From Anolis carolinensis (lineage: Eukaryota), in NCBI RefSeq assembly GCF_035594765.1, contig NC_085847.1, positions 5,704,001-5,768,000 of the forward strand: a stretch of DNA of 64,000 nucleotides. Direction: 5' to 3'. Each line of letters opens with the position of its first letter. Position 1 is the stretch's first letter. The notes beneath the pieces are model-generated. The model ran no database searches. It worked only from the letters and a program-made list of their open reading frames with translations, and was not told the origin of the DNA. Made by a program: the position numbers and the translations under genes. Below, piece by piece: positions 16,900 through 30,239 of this stretch.

Positions 16900-17690
16900 G
16901 GTTTTTTCCTACCTGAAGGGAAGCTGAGGAGGAAGGGAGGCCGAGGGAGGCCGCTTCCCTCACGTTTTGGGCCGGAAACGGAAGGAAAAGGGAAAAATCA
17001 GGGGGGGGCGCGGGGGGGGGGGGTAAACGGAACAGCCTCCTGGAAGCGCGGGGGGAGGGGAGGGGAACAGCCCGCCCGAAGGAAAAGAAATCGGCCCTCA
17101 CCTCCGCCGCCGGAGCCAGACCTGCCACTCCTCGCATCTCCTGCTCCCGATTGGTTGGCAGGCGCCACGCCCCCCTAGGAGGCGGGGTTCACCGCCAACG
17201 CTGCCTAGTGGTTGCCTCTCCTCGCCGTTTGCTATTGGTTAGGGGGTGAAAAGAGGCCCCGCCCCCCCAAAGCAGAGTGGGCCATTCTTTCTCTTTAAGG
17301 GGACATCGAGAGGCCCGCGAGATGGTTTATCTGTCACACTTCCGGGTGCCGAGCGAAAAACGAAATGCTATTTACAGTTAAATAAAAAGCAGAGCAAGAC
17401 TCCCCCGTCCTGTTTCTCCCTCAGCTTTTCAAACGGAACCCGAAGTGTTAAGGGAAAGGACATAGAGTTCTCCGATTGGTGCGTCCGCCTGCCATTTGGC
17501 CCCCAAGGCCTGGCCCTCTCCCCTAGAGGCCATTCTGATTGGCGGGCTGGGAAAGGAAGGCCCTGGAGCGCCGAAAGGCGTGTGTGTTGCCAAAGCAAGG
17601 CCTCGCCGCCCCGCCCACCTGGAAACCAGGCCCCGCCCCCAAATAAAGGGGCGTGTCCTCCTTCGCCTCTTGGGTCGGAGAGGAAAAAAA
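16900..17690. promoter_or_regulatory. Divergent CpG-island promoter region shared by NF2 (non-coding exon ~16913-17130, -) and NIPSNAP1 (+)
   Basis: Several CCAAT boxes (ATTGG at ~17149, 17234, 17475, 17538), GC boxes, ETS sites, YY1-like AAAATGGC at the NIPSNAP1 ATG. Confidence 0.75.
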
Positions 17691-19489
17691 ATGGCTGCGA
17701 CGCGAAGGCTGGTTTTGGAGGCTCTTCGGGGCAGAGCGGCCTTTCCCTTTTCCGGCCTCGGCTTCCGGTAGGAAGAGATGCAATGGAGATACATATAGAT
17801 TATATAGGCAGCAATACTCTGAACAGATTTAGCAATCGATCTCATAGATGGAGGAACAGATTTAGGAATAGATTTCATATATATAGTAATGTATATAAAA
17901 ATATATCTAGGAATAGATTTAATATATTAAGGAATAGATTTATGATATTTAAGATATGTAGGGATGTATTTAATATATATATATATAGCAATATATTTAA
18001 TATATTTAGGATTATCTATCTAATATATTTAGAAATATATTTAATATATATATAGCAATACTTTTAATATATTTAGGAATTTATCTAGTATGTTTAGCAA
18101 TATATTTAATATATATACCAGTACTTTAAAGGTATTTAGGAATCATATATATATATATATATATATATATGCAATATATTTAGGGACATATAGATAGATA
18201 CATAGATATCAATACTTCTAATATATTTAAGATTATCTATCGTATATATTTAGGAATATATTTAATATACATATAACAATACTTTTAATATATTAAGAAA
18301 TATATCTAATATGTTTAGGAATATATTTAATATAGATACCAGTACTTTAAAGGTATTTAGGAATCATATATATATATATATATATATAGGGACATATAGA
18401 TAGATACATAGATATCAATACCTCTAATATATTTAGGAATATATCTAATATATTAAAGAACATATTTAGGAATATATTTAATATATTTAGGAATGCATTT
18501 AGGACTATGTTATATATATAGCAATATTTTAATATATTTAGGAATATATCTAATAGATTTAGGAGTAGATTTAATATATATCGCAATGAAGGTTTCCTTT
18601 CTCCGTATCAAAGTTAATGAATGGCTCGCTTCGGGCCAAAGGTCTAGGCCAAGGCCAAAGGGGGCGCATTTCTACTTTAATTTTATTTTTATATGATTCC
18701 TCACTTTTATTATTATTTGTAGTGATAAGACTAATAATACTGTTGTGTGTATATATATATATAATATATAGTACTGATACACACATATATAATAGTAATG
18801 GTAATAGTGATAATAATCATCATATAGAAGTGCTGTTGTTATTATACAAGCCCAGGCTGTAGTAATAATTATGAGATATAACACATTAAGAATAATAGTG
18901 ATAATACTGATATGTACACACAATTATATAATAGTAATAATACTGATATATACACACACATTTATATAATAGTAATAATATTGATATGTATACATATTAT
19001 ATAATAGTAGTAATAATACTAGGATATGCACACACATATATAATAGTAATCATAGGCCCAATGAGGACCAAAGCAATGAGTCTGAGCTGTAATAGTAATA
19101 CAGTAATAATATATCATATATCAAAATATAATATATATATAAATATTATTATTACAGCTTGGGCTCATTGCTCTGGTCCTTTGTCATTGTTCTCCCATTT
19201 TGATATATTTTGCACTTTGGCACAGATCCTTGTTTTACTCTCCTGCTTTTAATATTTTATGCTATATGTTGATTACTATGATGGTTTTATTGATATTGAT
19301 GTTTTACAGTTGGAATTATTGTTTTATCATTTTATTGTTGTATGTTTCGGGCTTGGTCCCCATGTAAGCTGCTCCGAGTCCCCATTGGGGAGATGGGGCG
19401 GGGTATAAAAATAAAGTTATTATTATTATTATTGTATTATTCCTTTCTTTACCATGTGTATACATGGAAATGTCATTATATATATATAT

Positions 19490-19522
<33 letters not shown>

Positions 19523-22202
19523 CAGAATATCCCATCATCCACTGGGATGAGCAATGAGCTACCATCACAACAGTATTATTATTATTATTATTGTTATTGT
19601 TATCATCATTAATATTAATATTTCTATGATTTGCAGGCATTACTCCCAGGATGGGGAAAGCAGCTGGTTCCGCTCGCTCTTTGTGCACAAGGTGGACCCT
19701 CGGAAGGACGCTCATTCCACCCTCTTGTCCAAAAAGGAAGCCAACCACCTCTATAAAATCCAATGCAAGTATCGGATTAATATTCAGATTCATTCCTAGC
19801 TTCACTCTTTGCGCTCATTCATCGCTCTTTCTCTCTGTTTCAGTCCACAATGTGAAGCCCGAATGCTTGGAAGCTTACAACAGCTTGGCGTAAGTCTCTC
19901 AATGCCCCTCCCTTCCCTAGAGGGGATGAGGGGGTGATGGGAGATGTAGTACTTCCTGCCTGCCTTCCTTCCGCAGGGAGGAAGTCCTTCCGAAATTGCA
20001 CTCGGATGCCAATTATCCTTGCGACTTGGTTGGGAACTGGAATACATGGTACGGCGAACAGGACCAGGCAGGTAAGGAAGAGGGACCATATAGCCCATCA
20101 TCCACTGAAATTAGCAATGAGCTACCATTGCAAACGTATTATTATTCTTTCTATTATTATATATTTATTATTGTGTATTTATTATTATGTATTTAATATT
20201 GTTATTATTATGATTGTTGTTACATTATTTTTATTATTAATATCATCATCATTATTATTTCCGCAGTTCACCTTTGGCGGTTTTCAGGTGGCTACCCAGC
20301 TCTGATGGATTCCATGAACAAGTTGAAACAGAACCAGGTCTTGGAATTAAGATGATTATTATTTCAATTAATTTAAATAATAATAATTTTATTATTATTA
20401 TGCAGTGCAATCATTATATTTATTATTATTATCATCATCATTTTATTATTTGTAGTATGCAATGTATTGTAGTCATTGTAAAAATAATTATTATTGTTGT
20501 AGTCATTATAATGTATTAATTACATTTCTTATTCTATTACATATATACATACATGCATATTTAACGGATTTTAAACACGTTTTATGTTTTATATTTTATA
20601 CTGTATTTAATTGGTTGTATTTTTTATATGTTGTTGTTTTTAATGATGTATCGGCATCGAATTGTTGCCAATTGTACGCCGCCCTGAGTCCCTCCGGGTG
20701 AGAAGGGCGGGATAGAAATATTTGAAATAATAAATAAATAAATAAATAAATAAATTTATGCTATGCTATATATACCGTATGATGATGCAACGTGTTTATT
20801 ATATTTATTAGTATATATGATGATTATTAAATTTGTTCAATGTATTATTATTATTATATAATATATATATTCTAGGAATATTTGGAATTCCGCAAGGAGA
20901 GGAGCAAGATGCTGCTTTCCCGGAGGAACCAGTTGCTGCTGGAGTTCAGTTTTTGGAACGAACCTCTGCCTCGTTCTGGGCCAAATATTTACGAATTGCG
21001 GACATATAACTTAAAAGTAAGCAAACATTGGATCAAAAATAGGATTGCAAAAATTACTAAAATCATAATGATTCCTCTGTGTTTTGCTTTCAGCCTGGGA
21101 CCATGATCGAATGGGGAAATAACTGGTAAGCAACACCCCCTCTCAAAAATATTATTATTGTTATTGCTATTATCCATTTTATTAGTTTTCATTGTTTTAT
21201 TTATTATTGTACATTTTTGTGTTTTCCTGCATGGAATCCTTTCTATTTCTTTGCTGCCCTCTTGCGGTTGCATCTGAGCCCATTTGCTAATCCTTTCTAA
21301 TCCCATTTCCCCATTTGTATCCCAAAACGGGGCAGAGTTTATACTTGAAAGACCCATATACATTTAAGTTGCGAAATAACGAATCTGTCTGCGCCATTAT
21401 GGCCCCGGTCCCGCAAACAAAGAAAGAAAGAAACCCATGTTACTCTCGCTCTTCTCTTTGCCTTGATTTCTGCAGGGCCCGGGCCATCAAGTACCGCCAG
21501 GAGAACCAGGAGGCCGTGGGGGGCTTCTTCTCCCAAATCGGGGAGCTCTACATCGTCCACCACTTGTGGGGTGAGCGGTCCCAGCATCCCCATGCCCGTA
21601 AGGCCCGAGGACTGGGATCTGGGTCTCGGGAGTCAAGGGGCTTCTCTCCTCCTCCCTCCCCTCTGCAGCTTATCGGGATTTGCAGTCGCGAGAGGAGACC
21701 CGGAACGCCGCCTGGAGGAAGCGCGGCTGGGATGAGAACGTCTACTACACAGGTCAGGCCTCCCGGCAGGCCACACCCCCTCCCTTAGGCCCCGCCCAGA
21801 CCGATCCTTTGAGACTTTAGTCCCGCCCCTCTCTGACTCCGCCCCTCCCCATCCCCTCCCTTAGACCCTGGGCCTACCCCTCCCTTTGGCTCCGCCCCTC
21901 CCTTAGGCCCCGCCCCCTTTCTGACCCTTAGAGATCTCGGTCCTTCCTTTGACTCCCTCCCCCCAGTCCTCTGTTTCTGAGCCCCGGCTTTCCCCACAGG
22001 CCCCCCACTCTGTCCTATTGACCCCTAACAACCCCCCCCCCCAGTGCTCAGGGCTGTCTCTGAACCCCTGACCCCGTGACCCCGGTCCAACCTCGTGACC
22101 CTCCCCCCCCCCCCCCCCAATGTGTCTGTGTGTGCAGTGCCTCTGGTCCGGAGCATGGAGTCCCGCATCATGATCCCCTTGAAGATCTCCCCGTTGCAGT
22201 GA
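17691..22202 (+). CDS. NIPSNAP1: Protein NipSnap homolog 1; exons 17691-17767, 19637-19764, 19844-19889, 19977-20071, 20267-20337, 20876-21016, 21094-21125, 21476-21570, 21669-21752, 22138-22202
   Basis: Mitochondrial presequence-like [15 protein letters not shown]; [26 protein letters not shown]; [17 protein letters not shown]; [19 protein letters not shown]; [15 protein letters not shown]. Confidence 0.97.
17800..18580. repeat. AT-rich degenerate satellite (aatatatttaggaat units) in NIPSNAP1 intron 1
   Basis: Dozens of short degenerate units plus a longer internal duplication (~18090-18230 vs ~18310-18440). Confidence 0.85.
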
Positions 22203-22682
22203 AGACCAAGAAGAGCAGCGAGCGAGGAAGAAGAAGAAGAAGACACCCTCCAAACCCTTCTCACGCACAAATATATGCATAGGGAGAGAGAAATATCTTT
22301 TTTGGGGCCCAGTTTTGGACCAAAACCCGGAGCAGGTTCCCTCCCGAGCCGGGAGAGGGCTGTGGTTGTTTTGCTGGGACCCGGTGCCTTGTCCTCCGCC
22401 CCCCTCCCTGGACATTCCCACCATCTCTTGAGACTGGGATGGAAAGTCTTGCAATACACTGAATGGTTTACGGAAAGACAAATGGTGTCGCCTTTGGTCT
22501 TTTTTTGGGGGGGGGGGATCTCCGTTGGCTCCTCTTTTCATGGGAAGAAGAAATCCCCAAGCTTGGCCCCACCCTCTTTCCCCTTGGCCTTGCCCCTGGG
22601 CTCTTTGCTCCTCCCCTTTCCCTGTGTTTGTATCAGTGCAGAACAAGAATGGACATGGTTTTAAAAATATTAGCACTATATG

Positions 22683-23003
22683 CAGTAGAGTCTCACTTCC
22701 AAGACTTGCTTATCCAAGGCTCTGGATTGGCCAAGGCATTTTTGTAGTCAGTGTTTTCAATATATTGTGATATTTTGGTGCTAAATTCATAAAGACAGTC
22801 ATTACTATGTAGCATTACTGCATATTGAACGACTTTTTCTGTCAAATTTGTTGTCTAACATGATGTTTTGGTGCTTAATTTGTAAAATCATAACCTAATT
22901 GGATGTTTAATAGGCTTTTCCTTAATCTCTCCTTATTATCCAATGTATTCACTTATCCAAGCTTCTGCCGGCCCGTTTACATTGCATAAGCGAGACTCTA
23001 CTG
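22683..23003. mobile_element. Tc1/mariner-type MITE (~300 bp), copy 1 of 6
   Basis: TIRs CAGTAGAGTCTCACTT...GAGACTCTACTG; other copies are flanked by TA. Confidence 0.85.
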
Positions 23004-23039
23004 TGTGTGTGTGTTTACATATGTTGAAAGGGTTGGAGG

Positions 23040-23535
23040 CAAGGAGCAAAGGGGCGTGGCTAAAGGCCAAGGGGCGTGAGGGAGGGCAGGGAGGGGCGTG
23101 TGGGGAGCGGCCAATGGGGGCCCTGGAGGCGTGTCCCGGCTGTGAGCTCACAATGGGCTGCTCTGCCTGAGCCGGGCTCCCCCAGCCTCTCCCGCTCAGT
23201 GGGTCCCAGGCTTTGGCTGCCAGAGGTTGGCTTTCCCGCCTGCCCGGGATGAGCCTCCGGCCCTGATCCACTCTTCTTCCAAGCGAGTGAGTGAGGCTGG
23301 GGGAGAAAGGGGGCGGGGCCTATAGAAAAGGGGCAGAGCCAAAAGAAGAAAGGCGGGCCCAAGAGAAAAACAGGCTCAAGGAGAAAGGGCGGGGCCGAGG
23401 GAGGAAAGGGGTGGGGCCAGAGCAGGGGGGCAAAACCAAGGGAAGGGAGGGGCCTAAAGAAAAGGACGGGGCGTGTCGAAGGGGCGGGGTCAAGATGAGA
23501 AGGGCGTGGCAGATGGAAAGGGGGCGGGGCTGAGG
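23040..23535 (+). promoter_or_regulatory. GC-box/CCAAT/TATA-like cluster upstream of the unrecognised gene; G4-prone G-run array
   Basis: CCAAT at 23111, TATAGAAA at 23321, several GGGCGG/GGGCGTG boxes, donor GA|GTGAGT at 23287. Confidence 0.5.
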
Positions 23536-24113
23536 GCCAGAAGGTCTCGGAGAAGCCAATCCCGACTTGGCGCTGCTTCTGCCTTGGCCAGGCCGTCCTG
23601 TGATGGAGATTCTGGGCGCCTTTGCCACCAACTCACCACTCGACGCCTCCGCCTCCTGCTGACGGGATTCTCCGCAGGACTTTGCGCTGCAGCACCATCG
23701 ATCGCCCAGACTTCCCGGCGAGGCCTTTCTTCTTCCTTCCGCCCGAGATCAAGCGGGATCCACTTCACCGACACCTGGTGGGACGAGGCCTCTCCTTGCC
23801 TCCTGGGGCCGGGGGGCGGGGCCTGTTTCTTGGGTGGAGTAGCCCTGTGGGTCAAGGCCGGGTGTGAACCCACGTAGGAAGAGAGGCAGGGAGCAAACGC
23901 CGTATCCCTTCTCAAATGTAGAATAATTACGGGAAATTCTGTCCACCAATTGTAATGGGGCAAATAGTCCAGGAGGGAAAGGTCGTGTCCAAGATGTGAC
24001 ATTCCGCCCGGAATACAAACAACACGATCAATTGGAGAAAGGCGAGACACGCAATGGAGAAAGGTCACGATTTCTCTCCCAGGTCACGATCAAAGGAGAC
24101 GACACCGACGGAA

Positions 24114-25464
24114 ATGCAAGACTCACGAGAAGAGGCCGAGCAGCTCAAGCAGCGGGAGGGGCAGCGGGCACGCAGCTACGGCTTGGGTAGGGCCCCCTTC
24201 CCCCCTCTTTGGGAGGGCCCTTTTGGGGTCCCTTCCCCGGCCAATGGCTTTGCCTTCCCTCCCGGCAGCCAAGCGGACCTGCTCCTGGCCTCTGGACCTG
24301 CGGGAGTGGACCACCGGCCACCTGAGCCCCAACCCGGCCAACATGCAAGAGCTCACCCCTCTGCCGCTGCCCAGGATCTTTGGCTCTTACCCGAGTCCGG
24401 TGGGTGCCTTGGCATTCGTCGTAATATCAATGTTACTGACATGTATGGATCTCACCCGTAAGTGCCAATCTGGGTGAGTCCCTTCTGGATCGCCAATTTG
24501 GGATGTCTTTTCACGTCCTGTAAATTCAGTCCATGTTTTGGATCTTGGTATAGGAATTCATATGAATCCATCATTGCTCTCTTTCAATTCAATCCATGTT
24601 ATTATTTATATTTCATAATGCATTATAATTATGATAATGTATTGGGTGAGTCCCTTCTAGGTCACCAGTTTCTTGCCGCCAAATTGACTGGAAATCAATC
24701 CCAGGCTGTTAAAAAATCAGAATTGATCGTTGGCCCCTCTCAAAAGTCCAGCTCGGCTCCCAAAAGGATAAAACCCAAAGTCGTGGTTTGTACCATCACC
24801 GTTAGTATACCACGCTCCCCATTTGGTCTCCTGGCGAGCCTTCCTCCCTTTGTCTCTGCAGGCCCAGAGGTACGCCTCCAGTTTGAACCTCTCCCAGCAG
24901 AGCCTCCTGCCTGTCAATCAAAAGAGGTAGGTCTGGGAGCCAGAGTCGCTCTCTCTCGGCCTCAAAGGGACCGGGAAGGGCCGGAAGGAGGCACAGCCTC
25001 TCGGCCTCTCATGGTGGTTCTCTCTCCGTAGCATGGTGGACCACCACCCCTTGATGCTCAACCCCGGGGGGCGTCACCCCTCGTTTCTGGGGTTCAACCC
25101 CCTCCACCGGACAAAGGACTTCCGTTTCACCAGGTAATATCGCCCCCCAATCCCATGACTTGGAGTGTAAATCATGGGATTGCCCCTTAGTCCAGTGTAG
25201 GCTCGGGAACGCTACCGTGAGCTGGGTCTGGAACTGGTTGAGGGACCCAACCGGACCCAAAGGATGCTTCCCACTTCATCCTGGAAAGAAGTGATTAAGA
25301 ATGGGGGGCTAATAATAATAATAATAATAATGGCAAGCTAATCACTCATCTTTGTTTCCAACGACAGGACGACGGTCACCCGCCCGGCCAGACCTCTGAC
25401 CCCCGAAGAGGACCCCAAGGGGATGGCCCCTCCCGGCCCTGACCCTCGACCTCCGGCCGCCTGA
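24114..25464 (+). CDS. Unrecognised spliced gene; best ORF 155 aa over exons 24083(ATG 24114)-24186, 24269-24399, 24862-24926, 25032-25133, 25368-25464; candidate upstream exons ~23120-23286 and 23678-23777; AATAAA 25484-25489
   Basis: Five exons with pyrimidine-tract/AG acceptors and GT donors join in phase (73+131+65+102+97=468 nt): MQDSREEAEQLKQREGQRARSYGLAKRTCSWPLDLREW...RHPSFLGFNPLHRTKDFRFTRTT...PRPPAA*; branch point GCTAAT; polyA signal followed by a U-rich element. Confidence 0.62.
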
Positions 25465-25600
25465 AGAGAAGCAAATCAAAGCCAATAAAAGTCCAATGCC
25501 AGAGACCGACTCCGGGCCTCAGCCGCGTTTTCTTTCTGTTCTCATGACATATTCATAGCAACCTTTAGAAAGGGGGCACACTCATTCCTGATGGCTCAAA

Positions 25601-25640
<40 letters not shown>

Positions 25641-25964
25641 CCAAGTATTGTGATGTATTTGTGTATTCTGAGCCCACCCATGTTGCTGGGCGCCCACTGG
25701 GCTGGGTCTTTGGTGCCCCTGACTGCACACAGAGTCTAGGGCCTTGGAAGTCCCTTTCCATCCGCCCACGGGAAGGGCTCACGGGAGCCCAAAAGCCACC
25801 ACGTGCCCTCGAGAGGCCTCCCTTTTGGGTGAATGAAACAGGCGGCAAGGCGGGGGAGGCTTCTCTCATCATCAAGTTGTCTTCTTCTTCTTCTTCTTTC
25901 ATGATGCTTCTCTCAGCCAAGGCACATTCCCATCGAGCCTCCAAATGGCCGAGACCATCATCAG

Positions 25965-26480
25965 ATCCCATTTCTGCCCAGTCTCTCGTCCCCCCTTTCT
26001 GGGCCAGGCTCTAGCCTCGCAGCTTCAGGGATTCCGGGAGGAAGCGGATGATCCAGATCCATCCCAGTCTGGTTTCAGGCTCGGCTGTGGGGCGGAGATG
26101 GCCTTGGGGGCCTTGGGAGAGAGATGTCTATGCAGAGAACTAGACGGGGGGAGGGTGTCTCTTGTTGCTTCCCCTGGACATCTCCACAGCCTTGGATACC
26201 GTTGACCAGGGTGGTCTTCTGGGACGCCTGGCTCTGGTCCGTCGCCTGCTTGACCTCATGGCTGTTGTGGTGTGGGGCCCCGCAGGGCTCCGTATTCTCC
26301 CCCATGAAGCCGCTGGGAGAGATCGTCCGGAGTTTTGGAGTTTGGTGCCATCAATACGCAGATGATGCCCAACGCTACGACTCCTTTCCACCAAGAGCCA
26401 AGGAAGCGGCCCAGACCCTGTCAGTGGTTGTGGACTGAACGAATCCAGACAAGACAGAGGCCCTCCTGGTCGGTTGTCAG
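25965..26480 (+). mobile_element. Degraded L2/CR1-superfamily LINE reverse transcriptase fragment
   Basis: Frameshifted RT motifs DPSQSGFRLGCGAEMAL, LDISTALDTVDQ, GAPQGSVFSP, HQYADD. Confidence 0.8.
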
Positions 26481-26689
26481 GTCTCGGGTGGCAACCTCAT
26501 GGCTGAGCCCGGAGGCCTAGGGTCCGCCAGGGGCACCATTCAGACTTGGCTGCCATCCCCTGGAGACTCTCGAGTTCTTCTTCTGGTTCCCAAAGAGGGT
26601 GCAATGCGGCACCCGGCCAGGCGGGGGCGCCCCGTGCCTGGGATCCCTTCCCTCCCCAACCAGAGAGTTCGACCTTCCATTGGAAAGGA

Positions 26690-26838
26690 TTGAAAGGATG
26701 GCCTGCAATGACGCCTGCGCGCCACCGGGGGCGGCAGAGGGGCGGCGCGCGCATGGGCCGGGCTTGCTTGCCCCCTCGCCCGACGTCACTTCCGCTCGGC
26801 GGCGGCGAGACTCCTAGGGAAGGCCCCGTGAGGTAAGT
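26690..26838 (+). promoter_or_regulatory. THOC5 promoter and non-coding exon 1 (donor GAG|GTAAGT at 26833)
   Basis: CpG-rich; NRF1-like GCGCGCATG; adjacent GACGTCA and CACTTCCG (CRE/ETS). Confidence 0.75.
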
Positions 26839-27009
26839 TTCTCTCCCGTTTCCTCCGTTTGAGGCCTTTTCCCGTCGAAATCAAGGCCTCCTGTTTGCTC
26901 GCTTATCCACAGACACTTTGGGCATTTGTAGCTCTATTTCTGAGGGGGAAAAAGCCAGTCTTTCCTGTTGATCTATTTAAATGAATGCTCCCATTAGAAA
27001 AGGCCTGAG

Positions 27010-27370
27010 GGTGGGGTGAACTACAACTCCCAAAACCGTGGGCCAGTCACGCCCAGGCCCCGCCAGTATGCACACTTGGCCAGGTTGGGCCTGGGTGCCC
27101 AGTTTGGTCCAGATCCGTCATTGGTGGGGCTCAGAGAGCTCTCTGGCTGCAGGTGAACTACAACTCCCATATGCCAAGGGCAATCACCCTCAAACCCTGC
27201 CTGTATTCACAGTCAGCCATGTTGGGTCTGCATGCCAGGTTTGGTCCAGATCTGACGTCGGCTGAGTTCAGGGCTCTCTGGGTGCAGGTGAACTATAACT
27301 CCCAAAACCAAGGTCCATTTCCCCAACCCCCAGTAGTATGTTCAGGTGGTCTGTGCCAAGTCTGGTCTCT
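27010..27370. repeat. Three tandem ~135 bp copies of a MITE-derived unit (ggtgaactacaactccc...tttggtccagat) in THOC5 intron 1
   Basis: Units start at ~27015, 27152 and 27288. Confidence 0.75.
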
Positions 27371-27790
27371 GTCCATTTAAAAAGAAAAAAAAATCTACTT
27401 CTATTATATTTTCTCGATATGTGAGAAGGAGAGAATATTAATACATAAACACAAATACATGTTAGAGCTATGTGTGAGAGAATAGATGTTTGTATCGATA
27501 TATATGTACGCATATATATAAGACTATATAATAACAGTATTGTAATATAAAGATGATATGGAATAATATGATAATAAAATATTGTATATATAAAAACACA
27601 CAATATTTTGGCCCTAGATTTTCCTCTTACTCCTATGTATTTTTCTTTATTAGCACATTTTCCCCTCCTATTATTATGTATTATCTATCTGTCTATTCAT
27701 CCATCCACCAGTCTATCCACCATTCCATCTATTTATCTATCTATCTAACATTTATATATTAGAGAGAGCTGTGTTTGTATATGTGTGTGT

Positions 27791-27830
<40 letters not shown>

Positions 27831-27932
27831 GCAAAGGCTAGCTTTGCACAAACCCGAAGGAGCGGACTGATGACAAACCAAATGGGATCTAATGTATAGA
27901 ATATTGTCTGCTTTACCTTTAAAGACAAGAGC

Positions 27933-30184
27933 ATGTCTTCAGACTCTGGGAAGAAGCGCAAGCCGAAGGTGATCCGGACGGAGGGCGTTGCTCCAGAAGG
28001 GAAGCGCAGCCGGGCGGAGGCCGAGCACAGCCAGGTGGGCTTGGGGGGCAGGCGAGCCCTTCCTCCGCCTGGGGAAAGCCGGACCAGAGGGGCCTTGGAA
28101 AACTAGACCTCTCTCATCCTCTCTGTGTTGGCAGGAGGGCCGGCCTTTGAGCGAGGAGGCGGAGGTGGAGCTGCGGGACCCCAGCAAGGACTTTGCCCTC
28201 TACCAGCGCACCTGCCAGGACCTCCAGCGCCTGATGCTCGAGATCCAGGAGCTGAAGAGCCGAGGCGGCCGGGACAGTGTACGTCCGGAGAGCCCCAGAG
28301 GCCATCCAGCCTACCCCCCCCCCCACGCGCGCACACACACACATATATCAGGGCTGTGTGAAATTGTCCTCACTCCTCGCAAGAAGGGAAAAAGTAGCTG
28401 GAGAAGGGGGAAAGTAGGCCCACTTTCAGAGCTGGAGAAGGGGGAAAGTAGATAGAATGTAGATATGTAATATAGATAAATAACTGTATAACATCCATGT
28501 TATATTATATAATATGTTATAGATGTAATANNNNNNNNNNNNNNNNNNNNNNNNNNNNNNNNNNNNNNNNNNNNNNNNNNNNNNNNNNNNNNNNNNNNNN
28601 NNNNNNNNNNNNNNNNNNNNNNNNNNNNNNNNNNNNNNNNNNNNNNNNNNNNNNNNNNNNNNNNNNNNNNNNNNNNGTCCATTCATGGCAATGTGTTCCA
28701 CAGGCGGCGGAGATTGAAGAGCGCCGGATCCAGAGCTGCGTCCATTTTATGACCCTGAAGAAGCTCAACCGTTTGGCTCACATTCGTCTGAAGAGCGGAC
28801 GGGACCAGACCCATGAGGTGCGTTTGTGGTGACTCACATTATTATTATTATTATTATTATTATTGTCTTCTTTTCTTCTTCTTATTATTATTATTATTAT
28901 TGCATTATTGCTATTTTATATTATTAATGTATTTTGTTACCGTTTCACATTATTCTTATGTAGTAATATTCCTATATTACAGTTTCATGATATTAATATA
29001 TTCAGTATTAATGTAGCATTATTGTTAATGTTGATTGTTGTTATTATCAGGGTGTTATCTAGTACTATTTCTGCCGTCCTGAATCTAAAAGTATATCTCA
29101 TTGCGTCTGTTATTATTATTATTCTTTCCAGGCCAAGCAGAAGGTGGATGCCTATCACTTGCAGCTCCAAAACCTTCTCTACGAAGTCATGCACCTCCAG
29201 AAGGAGATCACCAAATGCCTTGAATTCAAGTAGGAACCCTATGGGTGCTGGGGGGCTCTTTGAGGCTATTTAGACCCTGGATTGTTTGTGTTTGTAGGGT
29301 TTTTCTGAGCTATAGTTAGACCTTATGATATAGATGTGTGTGAGTGACTTGTTTCCTTGCTTGCTTTCTTGCTCCCAGGTCAAAGCACGAGGAGATTGAG
29401 CTGGTGGGGCTGGAGGCCTTCTACTCGGAGGCGCCCGAGGAGATCAGCCGGCCGGAGGTCACCCAAGAGGACCCCCACCAGCAGACCCTGGCCCGCCTGG
29501 ACTGGGAGCTGGAGCAGCGCAAACGGTATGAACCAAGGAAGGCAAGAAGGGCCTCTGCCGGGAGGGGTTGCAGGTTTCCTTCATGGTTGAAACAAGGGGG
29601 TGAATGGGACGGCCTTAGTGGACACTCGAGCTGAATAGATCTAGATCAAGAGCGAGATGTGAGAGAGGGATTGCCTGGTGCCTTCCTGCTTTGCACAGGA
29701 GGACCCTGTCTGATCTTTCCCGACAGAGGGCCACCCTTTGCCTCAAAGTCATGGAACCCGAGAGTCTTGACTAGCTTCCTCTGCATTCCCTCCTCCCGCC
29801 CTCCCTCCCTCCCTTCCCTCTTGTGTGTAGCCTGGCGGAGAAGTACAAGGAGGGCCTGTCCCAGAAGGAGACCATCCTGAAGGAGATCGAGGTCAAGAAG
29901 GAGTACCTCAGCAACCTCCAGCCCCGGCTCCACAGCATCATGCAGGTCGGCCATCAACAACATCGTGTCATCATTATCATTACGGTCACTAGCGTCCGAT
30001 GGTCATCATTGTGATAATAATAATTTGTTATATTTATTTATACCCCACAAAATAATAAGAACGACTCTGCTTTTCTTTTCCATAGCTTCACCATTGGTTC
30101 ATCCCATGGTTCAAATATTTAAATTTAAATTAAATTTGTTTAAATATTTGGCAGAATTTAATTGCTAAAATACCAAAGACAAAC

Positions 30185-30239
<55 letters not shown>

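Noticed and set aside
23922-23981. Possible additional 60-nt exon of the orphan gene (NNYGKFCPP...)
   Set aside because: Weak donor (GTCGTG), and it does not resolve the frame inconsistency.
23678-25442. A second reading frame stays open through all exons of the orphan gene (dual coding?)
   Set aside because: This is the shifted frame that starts at C/G third positions of GC3-rich codons and so naturally lacks stops; it has no ATG start.
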